Shown piece after piece: positions 13,061-26,560 of a DNA stretch of 64,000 bases. The stretch is from positions 34,100,001 to 34,164,000 of the forward strand of contig CM069144.1 in the NCBI GenBank assembly GCA_035221665.1, read 5' to 3'. The notes under the pieces were generated by a model, which saw nothing but the letters and a program-made list of their open reading frames with translations, was not told the DNA's origin and ran no database searches. Within the stretch, counting starts at the first letter, position 1. Every line of letters begins with the position of its first letter. Origin of the DNA: Okamejei kenojei. Lineage: Eukaryota. A program made the position numbers and the translations under genes.

Positions 13061-13894
13061 AGAAATCAATGACAAGGAAGCTTATTGAGGTTGTAAAGAA
13101 AAAAGCAGGAAATCGGACGTCCATCACATGACATTTTAAACTTTAAATAAAGAATCATACCACTTCAACAATGAATATCTCACCCGAGAGCCTAACAATT
13201 TATGCAAAGCTTTAATAAAAGAATTGAATTAGAATGAGATATTGAGTGAACTCGTGGTTTTTTAAGATACAAAGGCCATCTGATCCCAACAGATGATTAC
13301 AGTTGTGAGGTGGTTATAGTGGAGAGAGATTTTTTTCTTCATTCTTATAAGGAGATTCATAATAGGGGGGGGGGAAGAATTTTACATTTAAATAGAAAGG
13401 GTAAAAATAAATGCAAACAAAAGAAATTATTTTAGAGAAGAGAACAAAGCACATAGTCCCTGGCAAACCAGCCCTTGGGGACACAAAGGAATCATTGTAT
13501 TAAAAAGAGACAGAACCTCCAACTGGAACAAATGTTTTCATGACAAGGTTTGAAAAAAGATAGGTTGACAAAACTGGGATTGTTTCCCGTGCCAATTTTT
13601 GGTACCATGGAAGCCAATTTTGGCTGGAGTTTCAACCATTGAATCGCAAATTGCAATCAATTTGGAGGTAAGCCTCACTCAATTTTTACTTTGTTAAATC
13701 CCACACTGGTTAGAGGTATTGCAAAGCGAACAGTTGCAATTGTTATTGTTCTATAATGCAAATCGGATGCTTGTTCCGCCAACTTGAGTCCCAACAATAT
13801 TGTGTTAGCTTCATACTAGAATATCTGGTCCAATCAAGCAGATAACAGAACCCTTTAAAGATTATTCTGTATTACTTAAATTGTAGTGCCAGAA

Positions 13895-14710
13895 AAATAG
13901 ACCATAGAACAACAGTACAACCACAGCCTTTTCGTTCCTAATCAATTGGCCGAACATGAGGCCAAGATAAACTAATCTCTTCTGCAATGTACATGACCCA
14001 TGCCCATCCATTCCCGGTGCATATATCCATGTTCCTATTAAAAGCCTATTAAAGCCACCAATATATATGCTCCTCCTAGGCCAGCTGTTCACACATCATC
14101 CACCACACTCTCTTGTGAAAACAGCCTTAAGCCCGTGCCATCCCTTAAAACTATTGCCCTCCCCTCACTCTCCCCACCCGATAAAAGCAATGCTTCTTTC
14201 CTCCTGCCTTGACATTTCCCCTGGGAAATAGAGGTATCTGTCTGTTCTACCGCTATCAATGCCTCCTATACTTTATATACCTCTCTACCGAGGTCCCAAC
14301 CCCAACCTCCAGTTTTCCACAAAAACAATCCAAATTGTTCAATTCTTGAAACTGATAGACTCTCTCTCTAACAGAAGGATATTCCGTGTAGTAAACTTCT
14401 CCAGACTTTGCTCCAGAAGCCTTCCACGTCTGTTGATAGGGCAACTCAGACAGCTCGCTGAACATCCAATGCAACCTAGTTGATAGAGTTGATTTCATGA
14501 CCTCCTGACGTGTTTAATACTCCCCATACCACAGCACCCTGAATGAAGACACGCAGCCTTCCAACAACGTTCTTTACACTCTGGTCTAATTTGTGTTGCC
14601 CTTTTCAGGGAGTATGGACATGGACCACCATTTCATCTGTACATCTAGGCTGTTAAGGATTTTGCCATTAACTGTACACTTTCCTTTCCCCCTTGCATCA
14701 ACCTCAAGGA
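13895..14710 (-). mobile_element. CR1-like LINE 3' fragment (noisy)
   Basis: accatagaacaacagtacaaccacagccttttcg.. tail followed by a degenerate antisense ORF2 end. Confidence 0.55.
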
Positions 14711-14753
14711 AGAATGTGTCGGAACTTGATCTCACAGTCCTCCAATCACCAGA

Positions 14754-17700
14754 AATAGTAAGCATTAAACCGAGAACTTACAGTTGACATTTGGATTCCT
14801 TATTTTATGAGGAGTTACGATGATGGATTACGAGAAGACACCGCCAGCCAGCACGTATGCGCATACAATCTTCAAACGCAGTCGAGTGAAATCACAGATA
14901 GTAGATTTGACTAAGATAGTAAATATAGAGAACAAACATCACCAAGTTGACCTTATAATAGAGGGTTGGGAGCAGAGGGCAACGTAATCACTCATAGTAA
15001 CTCCCTCATAAATATAAGGACAGCTCTTGAATCTGTAAGTTCTCGGTTTAACTTACTATGTTACTTCTGAGGTCACACGTGAGTGACTACGTGAAGACTT
15101 CAAAGCTCTTGTTGATTCCATGCCTGAAAAACAAGTCCATGCTCACACACAGCCATACATAACCAATGGAGGAAGTTGTTAATGTATTTCATACTTGACA
15201 GTGCTGAAAAACAATAAGATTTTATTTAACATATAATAATAATAAACCCCTAATGTCGGGAAGATTATAATACAGACTTAAAATAGTTGTTTGCACTATC
15301 TCAGGCGTGGGCCCAGGTTTGTTATAAAGTGCGCTGGAAGTTGTTTTCATTAGAACCAACCTGCCGTTGCACAGGGTTGTGGCCCAGAGAAACTTCCATA
15401 ATCTCTCGCGCTCACGATGTAGCGGCAGCCCCTTGAGTAAGAATGAGATTTATCCACTCCCGCTTGCACCCTACCCAACCCGTATGAGGCCATCTTGCGA
15501 TTGGTCTCAAACGGTTATTCTGTGATGAGGAGGTTAATAAAACTTCAATAGAAGGCCATTCCGTTCCCTCTGAAAAACAAAACTTTTGGTGACCCTCCAG
15601 GTAATGTAGAAGGTGGTCACTATGCATAGGCAATCTATCTACGGATATAACCAGGAATCCCAATTTGAGGCCAGATGACCAGGCCTGTTTTGTGTAAATT
15701 AACACATAGAGGGAAAGGTTACCTTATTTTGGGATGTTACCAATGAACTCCAGTCTAGTGTGTGCAGAGACTGGACCCGCTGCTCCCGTACAAGTGCCAT
15801 ACAGCATCACTGTTTAAATATGGAGTTTGGTTATTGATAGGGACTGGTGCCAATCCTATGCAATATGGTCAGGACAATGGCCAATATCCAAGGTCTTGGG
15901 AATATTGAGCCCTGGGAATTTGAGTTTTAAAAATCCCTCATCGTTTTTGACACCAAGGTGAGGATCCCTCTCCATCTGGTGTTCCTAACCCCTGTCCCAG
16001 GTTGAGGATATAGGCACTCTAGCAAGTTGATGGCACTATAACTCAAGCTTCAATCGAAAATGTAACTTTGCCAGAATCCAGCAAGCATCGCGTGAATGGT
16101 GAGCTGTGTGTAAGTCGTGTCTGTCCCTGGTACAAATACTCCATTATTTGATATAGATAGAGGTACTGGTTTCCCTGGTGGACTCCTGGCATGATGGCTG
16201 CGATATAGTCATGGTTTCGATCCAACTGCCCAAATCCCAGGAGAGGTCCCTTACCAATCTTGCATACCCTAGGTTCATTCAGGTCATTGACAGATGACTC
16301 CTCGCCGTCAAGCTGTACCAGCAAACTCGGGCATTTGGTAGATCAAATACATGGTCCTGAGCCCATGTCGAGTACACAGGGAAAACCAATGGCTGGAGTA
16401 GTAGGTCAAATCGGGTACGCTCCCAAAATACTTTAGAGATCTTGTTGAATTTCCGCAGACCCAACTATGAGGCAGAAGGGTCTGGTCTCCCATGCAACAT
16501 ACGTTGGTTTGTGATAAAGTCTGATGCAGAAAAGGTCAATATTGGCTTACACTAAGAGGCTATATGACAGTAAATTAACTGGTCGTCCAACATCATTCAT
16601 TCGGTGTTCGTCATTGAAAATTTTGCGTGACCTGGTGTCCGCCAGTTCATATGTTTCTTCCTATCACCAGTGGCAGATTGTATTGATCAATTCATCACAA
16701 GATACTTCGACTTAATTCCAACCCATAATGAGTTAATGTATGTCACTATGGTGATATTATTAATTTGGAGGGCGAACAATGCAGATAATCCATTATGAAA
16801 AGTAAGCCGAGTCCCGTGAATGCTCCCAACATCTTATATATGATTGATTACCCTGAAGTAAGGTTATCATGTGTATTCATCTACGTACCAGCAATCTGGA
16901 GTGGTATTGTGTTGCTCCCCACCTAAGTGGGGGCGAGGTGGGTATGTAACAACAAACCACACACAAGGGAGTGGTTGTGGATGTGATAGTGAGGGATCTA
17001 GATTAATTGTCCGATACTATTGACCTCTATAATCCACCATTGAAATAATTTGCATTGGCTAGTCTGTCAAAATGGTCAGCATGGTGTTTTTGAGTGCTGT
17101 AGTTTTGGCCCTTTGTAGATTTGTATGGTCCAAATTGTGGCTGGGAAAAAGGCAGCCACAGAATCTTCCCAATTATCTTGGCTATCTTGCCGAATAGGTG
17201 GTTAACTGACGCAAACAAAGCTGTATAGCCTCTATCAAGTCTGTGCTTTGGATAGTATTGCCTTTGTTGCAAGGTACAGACATTGAACAAGTTCAACAGT
17301 GAATCCCAAATCCATAGTCCCCCCCCCCCCCCCCCCCCCCCCCACGAAAGGCATTTTACTTGGATTTGTCTGGAATGGCATAATACCCCAATTTTTTGAA
17401 ATAGGAGCTTGGTGCTGCGAAGACAGCAAATTTAGCCAATACCAAGTTATTTCCCACAATAAGATGTCATCTAGATATGCCAAATGGACAATATGTTTTT
17501 TTTGTGTTTCCCCGAAGAAACGCCAAAGCTGGTTTCAAATATTCTGTGGTGGATGCGTAGGGTTGCTATTTGTCTGAGGTATTTTAACTGTTTGGGGGCA
17601 GTTGTCCCCGAAACAGCCCGAGTAGCTTCCCACTTTTTGCACGCCGTAGCATGTTTGATCTTCTGCCAAAAAACACCCCTACTTCAGTCAGCCCAAGACC

Positions 17701-18404
17701 TGACTCCTTATGCTCCCCGCGAAGAGGGTACATTTGGCAGCCCTGTAAAGGGTACTGCCGTGGGTCCTGCTAAGGAGACCCCACGGTGACCAGACTATCC
17801 TCTAGTTGTCACGTTGGGAAGCTAATGCCCCTCATCCGCTCCGTGCGGGATATCCGAGCCCAAGGACCCCTGCCAGTCAACACTTGCCTCGACTTCCGGT
17901 TGTTGTGCCGTCATCTGTTGATGGCCATAAGTCGGGCTGCGCTCTGGACCGTTGCTCACCCCGCGAACGGCATCTCCGAGCCGGACCTGTTGGGCAATCG
18001 GCTGCCCAACTTCCCGGTAGCATTGCCGCCAGTCCGTGGTATTCCTGCGGGCTGCAGCATTGAGTCGGGGCTTCTGCTCTGCCGTCGCTACCCGCGAACT
18101 TCGAGTCTCTGAGCCCGGACCCTGACAGGTCAACGGGCTGCCCAACTTCCCGGTAACATTGCCGCCGCTGACTGCCCGCGGACCGCAGTCAGTCTTTCGA
18201 GGCAACCCCTTGGTGGGGTACTCTGTCCCACAGAGTCCCTGAAAGAAAAAAAATGACCTCAGGTTAGTTCACCTTACCTGCAGGTCCGTTCCGGTGGTGG
18301 AGCGACCCTCCTCCCTGTCTGTCACTTCGACATGCGGTCGACGATATGTCGCACATGTGTGCTGGCGGGGTCTTCACGTAGTCACTCACGTGACTCCTAA
18401 GTAG
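14754..18404 (-). mobile_element. DIRS1-type retrotransposon (copy 2), internally deleted
   Basis: Right terminus aaatagtaag..gagaacttac at 14754; ICR ~14980-15105; YR motifs QRVQSLH (~15765-15786), HS.RAAA (~15420-15448), ATAGW; RT MAYLDDILL (ORF 17235-17483); left ITR cttcacgtagtcactcacgtgactcctaagta ending ~18404. Confidence 0.85.
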
Positions 18405-18926
18405 AATAGTAAGATTAAATGAGAACTTACCAGTTTGAAGTTTGATCGTTATTTTATGAGGAGTTACGATGAGGGATTTCGTGAAGACCCCGCCAGCACG
18501 CATGCGCGACATTCTTCAAAGCAGCAGTGTGAAATCACAGATAGCAGAACTGACTGGAGATAGTAAGATTAAGAGAAACCATATACCAGTTGACCTTATG
18601 ATAGAGGGTTGGGAGCGAGGGCAACGAATCCCTCATCGTAACTCCTCTAAAAATAAGGATCAAACTTCAAACTGGTAAGTTTCGATTAATCTTACTATAT
18701 ACGTCGAGTCCACGTGAGTGACTTCGTGAAGATTTTCAAAAGCTCCTGTGATTTCATGCCCTGGACCACACGTCCAACATGCCCCGACAGTGCCGTAATA
18801 ACTGATGGAGGAAGTGTGTTAAACGTATTTTCAGACTGTAACGAGGAAAAAACAAAATGTATACCATTAATACAAACAAAAAATTCCCTGAGTTCGGGAA
18901 CCATTTCAGGGAACAGAACTTAAAAC

Positions 18927-18971
<45 letters not shown>

Positions 18972-21900
18972 CAAACTCGCAAGGAGTGGCCCCAGGTTTT
19001 GTTATAAAACCGCATGAAACGTCGTCTCCGTTGCCAAGCCCACTGGTGCAAGGACATGGTCTATGGTAATTTCCAAGGTCCTCAGCCACTTGATGTGGAC
19101 TGCAGCCCTGGTAGAATGAGATTAATATCAGTGTCTTGCCCTGCTGAATCCAACACCATCCTGAGCCACCTGGAAATTGTCTGTACAGTTACCCTGTGAT
19201 GTGGGCTTTAAAAACTGATGAATAGACCTGTTTCCATTCTCCCCAGTTTAGTTTGTGGAGGGTCTGGACCCGCTGAGCTGTATAAGTGCCATTAGCATTA
19301 CCACTTTGTAGGTGAGTTTGGCCAGTGGGAGTTCCGAAAATGGTGACCAACTCCTGAGTAGGGACAACACTACCCCAATATCACAGGTCATATTGTATCG
19401 TGGTCTACGAGGGTAAGAATTGAAATACCCCTCATGAGTTTATTTGACACCAACTGATGGATCCTACTCAGATAGTGAGGTATGACAAAGCGCTTCCTGG
19501 CATTATTGATGGCACTAATAGCTAGGCCCTCATCATAGTGGAAGGACCGCGAGGAATTCCAGCACACCTTGATGGTGGCAAGTCCGTAGGTGATATTAGT
19601 CCTGGAACAGAAAGCCCTCCCATTTCTTACATGGGTAGTACTGCTCCCTCGTGACTCTCTGCACAATGCCGTGACGCTATCCTATGGTCCTGTTCAACAG
19701 CCCCCGAATTCCGGCAAAGCTCTTCAGAAACACTGCCAAGCCCAAAATGTTCAGATGACCAAGGTTCAGATGATTTCTCCCTCCCTAAAAGATTGTATCA
19801 GTAGGTTTAATCCGGCATTTAGGACCTTGCACCCATGTTTCTTATCCATGTCGAGGACCACACGGGAACCATGGCTGTGTGGCAGTCGGGTATTACAGAG
19901 AATCCCTGGATGCAGAATCTAAGCTAGGATACCGCATACCCGACTGATGGAGGCAGAAAAGGGGGAAAATGCAAGAAGAACAATTTTCCCCCAATGTAGC
20001 GAGAACACAATCCCATCGCTACTGCCCCAAATCTAGCTCCCACGTGACATTTGTTGGTATCTGAGTTCAACCTGACGCAAAGAGGTCACGATATCTGGTG
20101 TTCCATACTTAGCTATAATATTAGCAAATATTATTGGGGTTCAACACACTTTGGTGTTGTCATTGAATAACTGTCGTGACCTGGTGTCCCGTCACTGTAT
20201 TAAGCTTCCTGGAAGGTATGTAGCATATATCCCAAATATTTCAATGCACCAGTGCCAAGTTTATTTTGCCAATTCATCCCCAATATATTGACTTGATACC
20301 ACACATATGGTTTTTATATGCCAACACTGTGGTATTGTCTATCTGTAGAACGGACATGTTTCTGTCGTTTCTTGGGTTGCTGTGGTGCCGTGGGGTTAGG
20401 GTAGTACACATTTTCAGGCTGGTCGCTGTGGAACGCCGTCTTGGCTTAAACTGGCCTCTGATGAGAAGGCGCGACCTTTGGGTTAGCCTCCGTCATCTAT
20501 CGGGTGAACCCGGCCTGTTAGATGTTGCATATGATGCTGCCGACTATACCGCGGAGGGTTCGTTCTCCCAGCAGGAAGGCAGTTTTATCAAACTATACGC
20601 GCTTTAAACTTCCTGCCTAGGTCTTTCCGCCTGTTTAGGCAGGTTCATCACCAATCCAACTGTCTTGGTGTGGGGTGTTACGCGTGGCCCTTTTGGGGTG
20701 TGTGTAGGACGGATAAGCTTTTTCCCGAAGCCCAATTAAAATCAGATTGCGTATTGCAGAACATGGACCGCTTTTGATGGCATCCTGCGGCCTTCTTCCG
20801 TTCAATGTCCATACCGATGATTCAGCTGACCGGGCAAAGCAGTGATGCCTGCGGACAGTAGTTCCAGATTTATTTATTAATTTTTTTTATTTTTTTTGAA
20901 TTTTTCTCTGTCTATGCACCTTCTCCCACTGGGCTGAATGTTTCCCCGTATGGGTGTGTTCAGGTAAATGAACGTTCAGAGACCAACGCAATTTTTCCGG
21001 TCGCCAGAATTTTTTTGTGTCTCTAATTACCTGTGTTCCAGTAATTGGTGTTGTCAGTAGTGTTTATTCTTGCCGCTAGCCTTGGCTGAAGAGGTTGCCG
21101 TGCTTTATTAGAATGGTTTTGATGGCGAACTTAGGCACCACTTTCAATGTCTGTAGGTCTACAAGCACACCCCTCTTCTCGACCGTAAGTTGCTCTGACT
21201 ATCGATGAGCGCTCCCTTTGAGAGGGAGAGAGTTAGGACAGCTGCTGTCATGGTCCCCCTCCGCCGTTTATGTTTTGGGATCCTATGGAGACGTCACGCT
21301 CCTGATGGAATAAGGTCCGCTTTCGAGTAGCTGCTCCGACCATTAGTTCGTTCCATTCGCGAGACTGAGCTGCCGCCCGCCGCTATCTGCAGACAGCACA
21401 GTCCGTCCTTCCCCAAGTTCTGTGATGATACAAGGATGGGGCCTCTACTGACAGTCCCGCTCTCGTCGAGGTTGCGCGTGAGTCGATGAGGAACTGAGGT
21501 AGGTAGTCAGTGCCCAGCAGCGCCCAAGTGGCTACACGACCTACCCGTGCTGATTGCCATCTTGTTCCGCGTCTTTCCAACTGAAGCGGTGAGAGGTGGT
21601 GCCCAAGGCATCTGCGGGCTACACACTCTTTTTGGTTTTTCCGCGCCTGCATCTGTGCGACTGCGACGGTGAGGATCGGTGCCAGCCCTCCAGCGGGGCT
21701 ACTACCGACATCTGCGCGCGTGCTTGCCGCCATTCCGTGTCTCTCGGGACTGATCGCGATGCAAAACTCGGTGCCACCCGCATCCTGCTGGGCTAATCGA
21801 CTTGTGTTTAAGTTTGCCACCGCCACAACAGATGCATTTCACTTACCGCCATCTGTTTGTGCGGTAAGCGAGCGCGACTTGCAGTGGGTCTAGGTTATTT
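18405..21900 (-). mobile_element. DIRS1-type retrotransposon (copy 3), RT largely deleted, left end not resolved
   Basis: Right ITR 18405-18530 matches the copy 2 ITR; ICR ~18620-18740; YR HSTRAA (~19101-19118) and QRVQT; methyltransferase-like DLFASRLN (~20065-20087) and AFPP (~19961-19972); RNase H DNTTV (~20325-20340). End coordinate is approximate. Confidence 0.78.
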
Positions 21901-22329
21901 GTTCGAGCTGTAGGAGTTGTTGAGTTGCGCCATAGATCAACCATGATAGCACTCACATCACCACAGTGAGTAGTGCCGCAGGTCGATAGCCAGTTGAGCC
22001 ACGCACCTGCTTCTTTCTTGGCACTGGTATTATATTGATGCCCTTTTGCGCCGGTGGAAAACCTCAGAGCGCGACTCAGAAGAATAGGTTGAAATTGTCC
22101 GTATAACATCCAGCCCAGTGGTCCACACAGGTTTTTTAGAAACTACCAGGGTATCGCCATCTGGTCAGGAACGCTTTACGAGGGCAACACACCTCCCTCT
22201 GAAGGATTTCCTGACTCGGCCGCTCCTGTGGACTGAGACTGAATACCATCAAGCTAGAATGGTGGACTCGGGGAAGGCACATCAACGGATCTTTGGTGTT
22301 CTCCCCATCAGTAGCGGTAAAAAGCATTT

Positions 22330-23045
22330 GAGCTTCATCCAGGGAGTGATGTATCGCCGACAGTCCGAGCTGCCTCCTGTTTTCGCCTTGTAAGGAGGAT
22401 TGATAGGTGGTTTGGATATGTTGTCCTGTGCGAACTAACGTGTATTGAGTGGTGGAGAGATTATTGCCTTGGAAGAGATCTGTGATTGAGAGTTGTGAGT
22501 CCTTGGATGAGAAACAGAGATCTTGTTGAAAGTTATAGTCTGAATTAAGTGATTTGCGATCTAATTGATAGAACCGCGAGAAGTTGGAGTTGGGAGAGCT
22601 GACGATTGAATACGATGCGAGGTGAAAACTAATTGAATAGGAGCGATTGAGTGAGTGATTTGAGTAACAGTTAGTTGAGAAGGGAACCAATTGTGGCTAG
22701 TAGGTAGTAGACGATTGACTCCATTGACCCATTGACCTGAACGGAACGGAAACTTAGAAACTTAAGAAAGACTTTTTTCACAAGATAGTTGAGAGTGGTA
22801 GTCCCCCTGGAACTCCTCATGCCACGAGGTAGTAGTTGGCCAGCCAGTTGATTGACTCATGTGGCCCTGGGATTAGGGATCAATGTGGCCCTTGTTGGCT
22901 AGTGGATCAGAGGGTATGGAAGAAGCAGGAACTGGATATACTGAGTTGTATGGACCTGATCCTACTAATCTGAAAGCGCGTTGCAAAGGGCTCGAAGGGA
23001 AGGGCTCGCTAATTTGGCTACTCTCAAATTGCTCCTAATCTTCTA
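22330..23045 (+). mobile_element. CR1 LINE 3' end, heavily corrupted
   Basis: Residual matches to the CR1 3' end (ttttttcaca, gtggcccttgttggcta, gggtatgga, ggctcgaaggg, ctcctaatcttcta) compared with 61540-61775. Confidence 0.55.
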
Positions 23046-24129
23046 GGTGTTTTGGGAAGGAGTGAGGTTTGAAAATAGGTTAGTGTCTGGAATATTTATA
23101 TTGTATTTGTAACTATGTGTTGCCAAAAAAAAATGGGAGAATTGTTCTTATCTAAGAATGAATAGCGATCCACATAGACCAGGAAGCCCGGATAAGTGAG
23201 TGAAGTGTTTGCGAGGAAGTGCTTCCATGCATTGTAGTCAGGCAGTATTAAGAGGATTAGCTCGGAGCGAATTAAATGCAGTTTTCGACAAGGCGAACTG
23301 TGGTCAGCAGGAATGCTGACTGAAATCTGTCAATCAGGAAATAAAACTACCATAGACAATGATTCACTCAACGATATGCCGAAACAGTGAAGGAAGGGGA
23401 ATGAAGTAATTGGAAAATGGGAGAATGGATTCTTCACTAGGACCCGGAAAATTAAAGAAATTAGAGAGATATAATAAAGACTATAAAACCCCAGATGCCA
23501 AGGAATGTGAGTCAGTCACTCTGTGACAGGAAGACCCGTGAGGGGGGCGACGTACGAGAGGTCCACATGCTGTGGTTCTGCTGTGAGGTCCACTGAAACT
23601 GTGAGTCCTAACCCTTTATGTGGTTAATGTGCTTAAATGTTGGTTAACCCACTTATCGCTGCTTTGCAACTAAATGATTTGCTAGCCAGCAATGTGCTAT
23701 GCAATTGAATGATGAAATCTTGTTACCCTTAATGTGGCTTAAAATAAATAAGAGAGACCTACCTAAAAAGTCAGCTGTCACAAGGTCGATTTTGTGACCG
23801 AATGCTCTCAATTGCCGGAAACACTTGGGGAACTGCATGACCTTCTCGGAGTCCGTCATTATTTTTGAACTCAAGGCCAAGAGGGGTTGAATCAGGCAGA
23901 TAACAAGGCCTCGATGCTCAAAAACACCGTAGTGTGGTTAGGTCCACCTGTAGCTGCGGTAACAGTACTTGGTGTATTGTCAATAATAAGTTTATGATGT
24001 CGCCACAGGAGTGCCTTGACTCAGTGATTTTTTTTGACTGGAAACCTAGACTCGGGGGCTTTAAGCTAAGAAAACGAGCGAATTCTATCACTATGCACAT
24101 CCGATGCATATATATAAAGCAAGGCACAT

Positions 24130-24763
24130 TCAGCAAATCTACTCCTTTGAGAAGCATTCACGGAGTTTCGGCATGGTCGAAGAGGATACCTCTCCTAAAC
24201 TCTCTACAGGTGCACGGTAAGGCACATTCTGATAGGTTGCATCTCTCTCTCTGGCCTGGTTCAAACAACTTGACAATGTCCACGGAGCCAAGAAAAGACT
24301 AACAGAAAGTTGTGATGCTAGCCCATTCCATCACCGCTCTTTGACCTCCCCAACTGTACGAAAGGGAATCTATCCATAGTCCGCTGCCTTCAAAGGCAAG
24401 CCCGAAAAATCATCAGAGATATCCACACCATCCTGGCCCACAAACTAATTTCACCATTTGCCATGAGGGAAAAAAGGTACAAGGAGTCCTGAAAACTGTA
24501 AGTAACATCCAGGGTTCAGGAAGAAGTTTTATTGCCTACAGCCATCAGGGCTATTAAACACAAAAACGTGAATAATGGGCTTCTGTGAGTCTTGAAACTT
24601 CAAAAGACTATTATTATTGCACTATATTTGTTATTTATTTAACTTTTTTTTTCTCTTCCCCCGTTATGTAATATGTTTACTTATTCACATTTTCTATTGT
24701 GCTGCAGCAAGTAAGAATTTCATTGTCCCATCCGGGACATCTCTTGTCTTGTCTTGTCTTGTC
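24130..24763 (+). mobile_element. Rex1/Babar-like LINE 3' fragment with (cttgt)n tail
   Basis: Noisy homolog of 28140-28714 (cagccatcaggg.ctattaaac, aagaatttcattgtcc..gggaca) ending in cttgtcttgtcttgtc. Confidence 0.7.
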
Positions 24764-25759
24764 GCTTGCCTAACCAATAGCAGACAAACTGTCTAATATA
24801 CGTTTATTTTAATTTACCTTTTCTCTAATGTAGCCCGTTCTGCTGGATTCCAACAGTTCCCGATTGCTAGATTCTTATAAGGTGCTGTATATTACTGGAA
24901 TTTCAGAATATTTTGCATTCTGGATTCTTTCTTGGCACCTGACTGTTCCACATAGGAACTGCTGGATTCTCAGTTGGTCTGGCCTCTTTACCTCGTCCCT
25001 CTTTGGTTCTCATATATCCATGCTCCATTGGGTTCATTTGTTGACTTAATTATCCCTGAGTGATTGTCATACACAGATTTTCCTGCGTACAGTACCACAC
25101 AAGTTTTGGATTCCTGCTGGTTGGTCAAGCATTTTCTTAATTCTATATTTTTCAGATTTTTGATCCCTAAAGAGTCGTCATGTATCCATTTTTTTTAAAT
25201 GGTGCCCTCACTTTCCCTTTCATATGGAACCCTTAATACTGCTGCTGGTTTACTGATCCCAAAGCTCCGATCTGATGTTTTCTCTCTGGGCCTCCTCCTG
25301 ACTGCCTTCTCATACACTGTTCTCACGTGGATTTGCTTCTCTTGCTTTTTTAAATGTATCTAAGCAAGGATCCTATCTGAAGTGAGTTTCGTGTTTTTTT
25401 GGTGACTGCCTTATCCCAGCTGGGCGTCAACCTTGTCAAGTAGTTATCCCAGTCATATCCTGTGGTTGATTACTTCTTCTGGGGTCCAATTTTGCTCCTT
25501 TTTCCAGCCTGGTTACTAGACAGGGTTTCCTAATTGGTTCTAAACACCATTTTATTCTTCAAAATTCAACAGGTTACGTTATCCTTGCTGTGCTTTTTCG
25601 CTCGATGGGATTTGGACATCCCGTGGTATTCCTTGGTTCTGGAATCCTTCTTGGTTTATCATCACTGTCGGTGTTGTAATTCCTACTGGGTTGGGATACG
25701 CTGCTGGTGTTTCTCAGCAGAGTTGGGTTAAAGGTGTCAAATTTCCTTTAGCGAAACTA

Positions 25760-26560
25760 TTTACGACGTTTAAATAACGTCGTGTCGTTCGCAGCTGTGA
25801 AGATGACGCTACATCGTTGCCGGTGGACGGGGGGGCGAGAGAGTGAGAGAGGGGGGGCGCGCGGTGTGACGCCAGCCGAGGCGGCCTACTCAGGCCGGAA
25901 TCTCCGCGCCCTTGCGGTGCACGCTGGGAGGCGTAGTCCTATCTTCCCGTCGCCGGTCAGCGCGGAGCGGAGGCAAACGGGCCGGAGAACTCCGACTCCC
26001 GGCGTGCTCTGCGGCACGCGGGCGCCTGCGCAGTCGGCGGGCAGTGGGAGGGCTGGAGACCCAAACAGTAAAGAGCTGACGGTTTTTTTCCGCGGAGGCT
26101 CGAGGCGGCCTTCGGAGGGGGTAATGGTCCCTCGGGCCTGTCGGTAGAGGTTGTACTGCAGTCCCCGACTTCAGACACCAGCCGGGCTGCGCTTCATGGA
26201 AATGGCTCACATTCGGGACTTCAGTTTACAGGTAGGAACAGGCAGTTGCTTGCGTTTTATTGGCTGTGGTCGGTCCACGAGGGGGGGGGGGGCAGGTGAG
26301 GGATAGGATATTCCCCCTCCCTCACCTCCCTTCTCTCTCTCCCTCTCTCTCCCCACCTCTCTTTCCCCCTCCCCTCCCTTCTGTCCCATCTCACAAATAG
26401 ACTTTAAGTCTTCTATTTTGGTCAAGTTCAAGTCAAGCCTTCGACCTGTCCACCTCTCCTAGCTGGCTGGCTGCCCATCTGATTGGCGCTCCCCAAGGTC
26501 TGGGACCCGGGTGAGTGCGAGTTGGCAGTGCCCAAGTGGCCCTCTTCACGCCTCAAAGGA
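25760..26560 (+). promoter_or_regulatory. CpG island / promoter and 5' UTR of STK25
   Basis: GC- and CpG-rich non-repeat stretch in an otherwise CpG-depleted background, containing the first coding exon. Confidence 0.8.
26202..26231 (+). CDS. STK25: STK25 first coding exon (MAHIRDFSLQ); in-frame upstream ATG at 26196
   Basis: ATGGCTCACATTCGGGACTTCAGTTTACAG|gtagga: 30 nt, phase-0 donor. Resembles the mammalian STK25 N-terminus MAHLRGFANQ and splices in frame to 45613. Confidence 0.88.

Noticed and set aside
21380-22330. ORFs of 66-147 aa between DIRS copy 3 and the CR1 remnant
   Set aside because: Noise-rich region with no recognisable domain; likely corrupted DIRS gag or repeat sequence.
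24780-25730. Strand-biased segment with recurring ctgctggattc and coding-like minus-strand snippets (NWTPEEV)
   Set aside because: No continuous ORF or diagnostic motif; possibly a decayed LTR element but not supportable.
25782-26210. ORFs in the CpG island
   Set aside because: Stop-poor GC-rich promoter/UTR sequence; only 26196/26202-26231 matches a protein.
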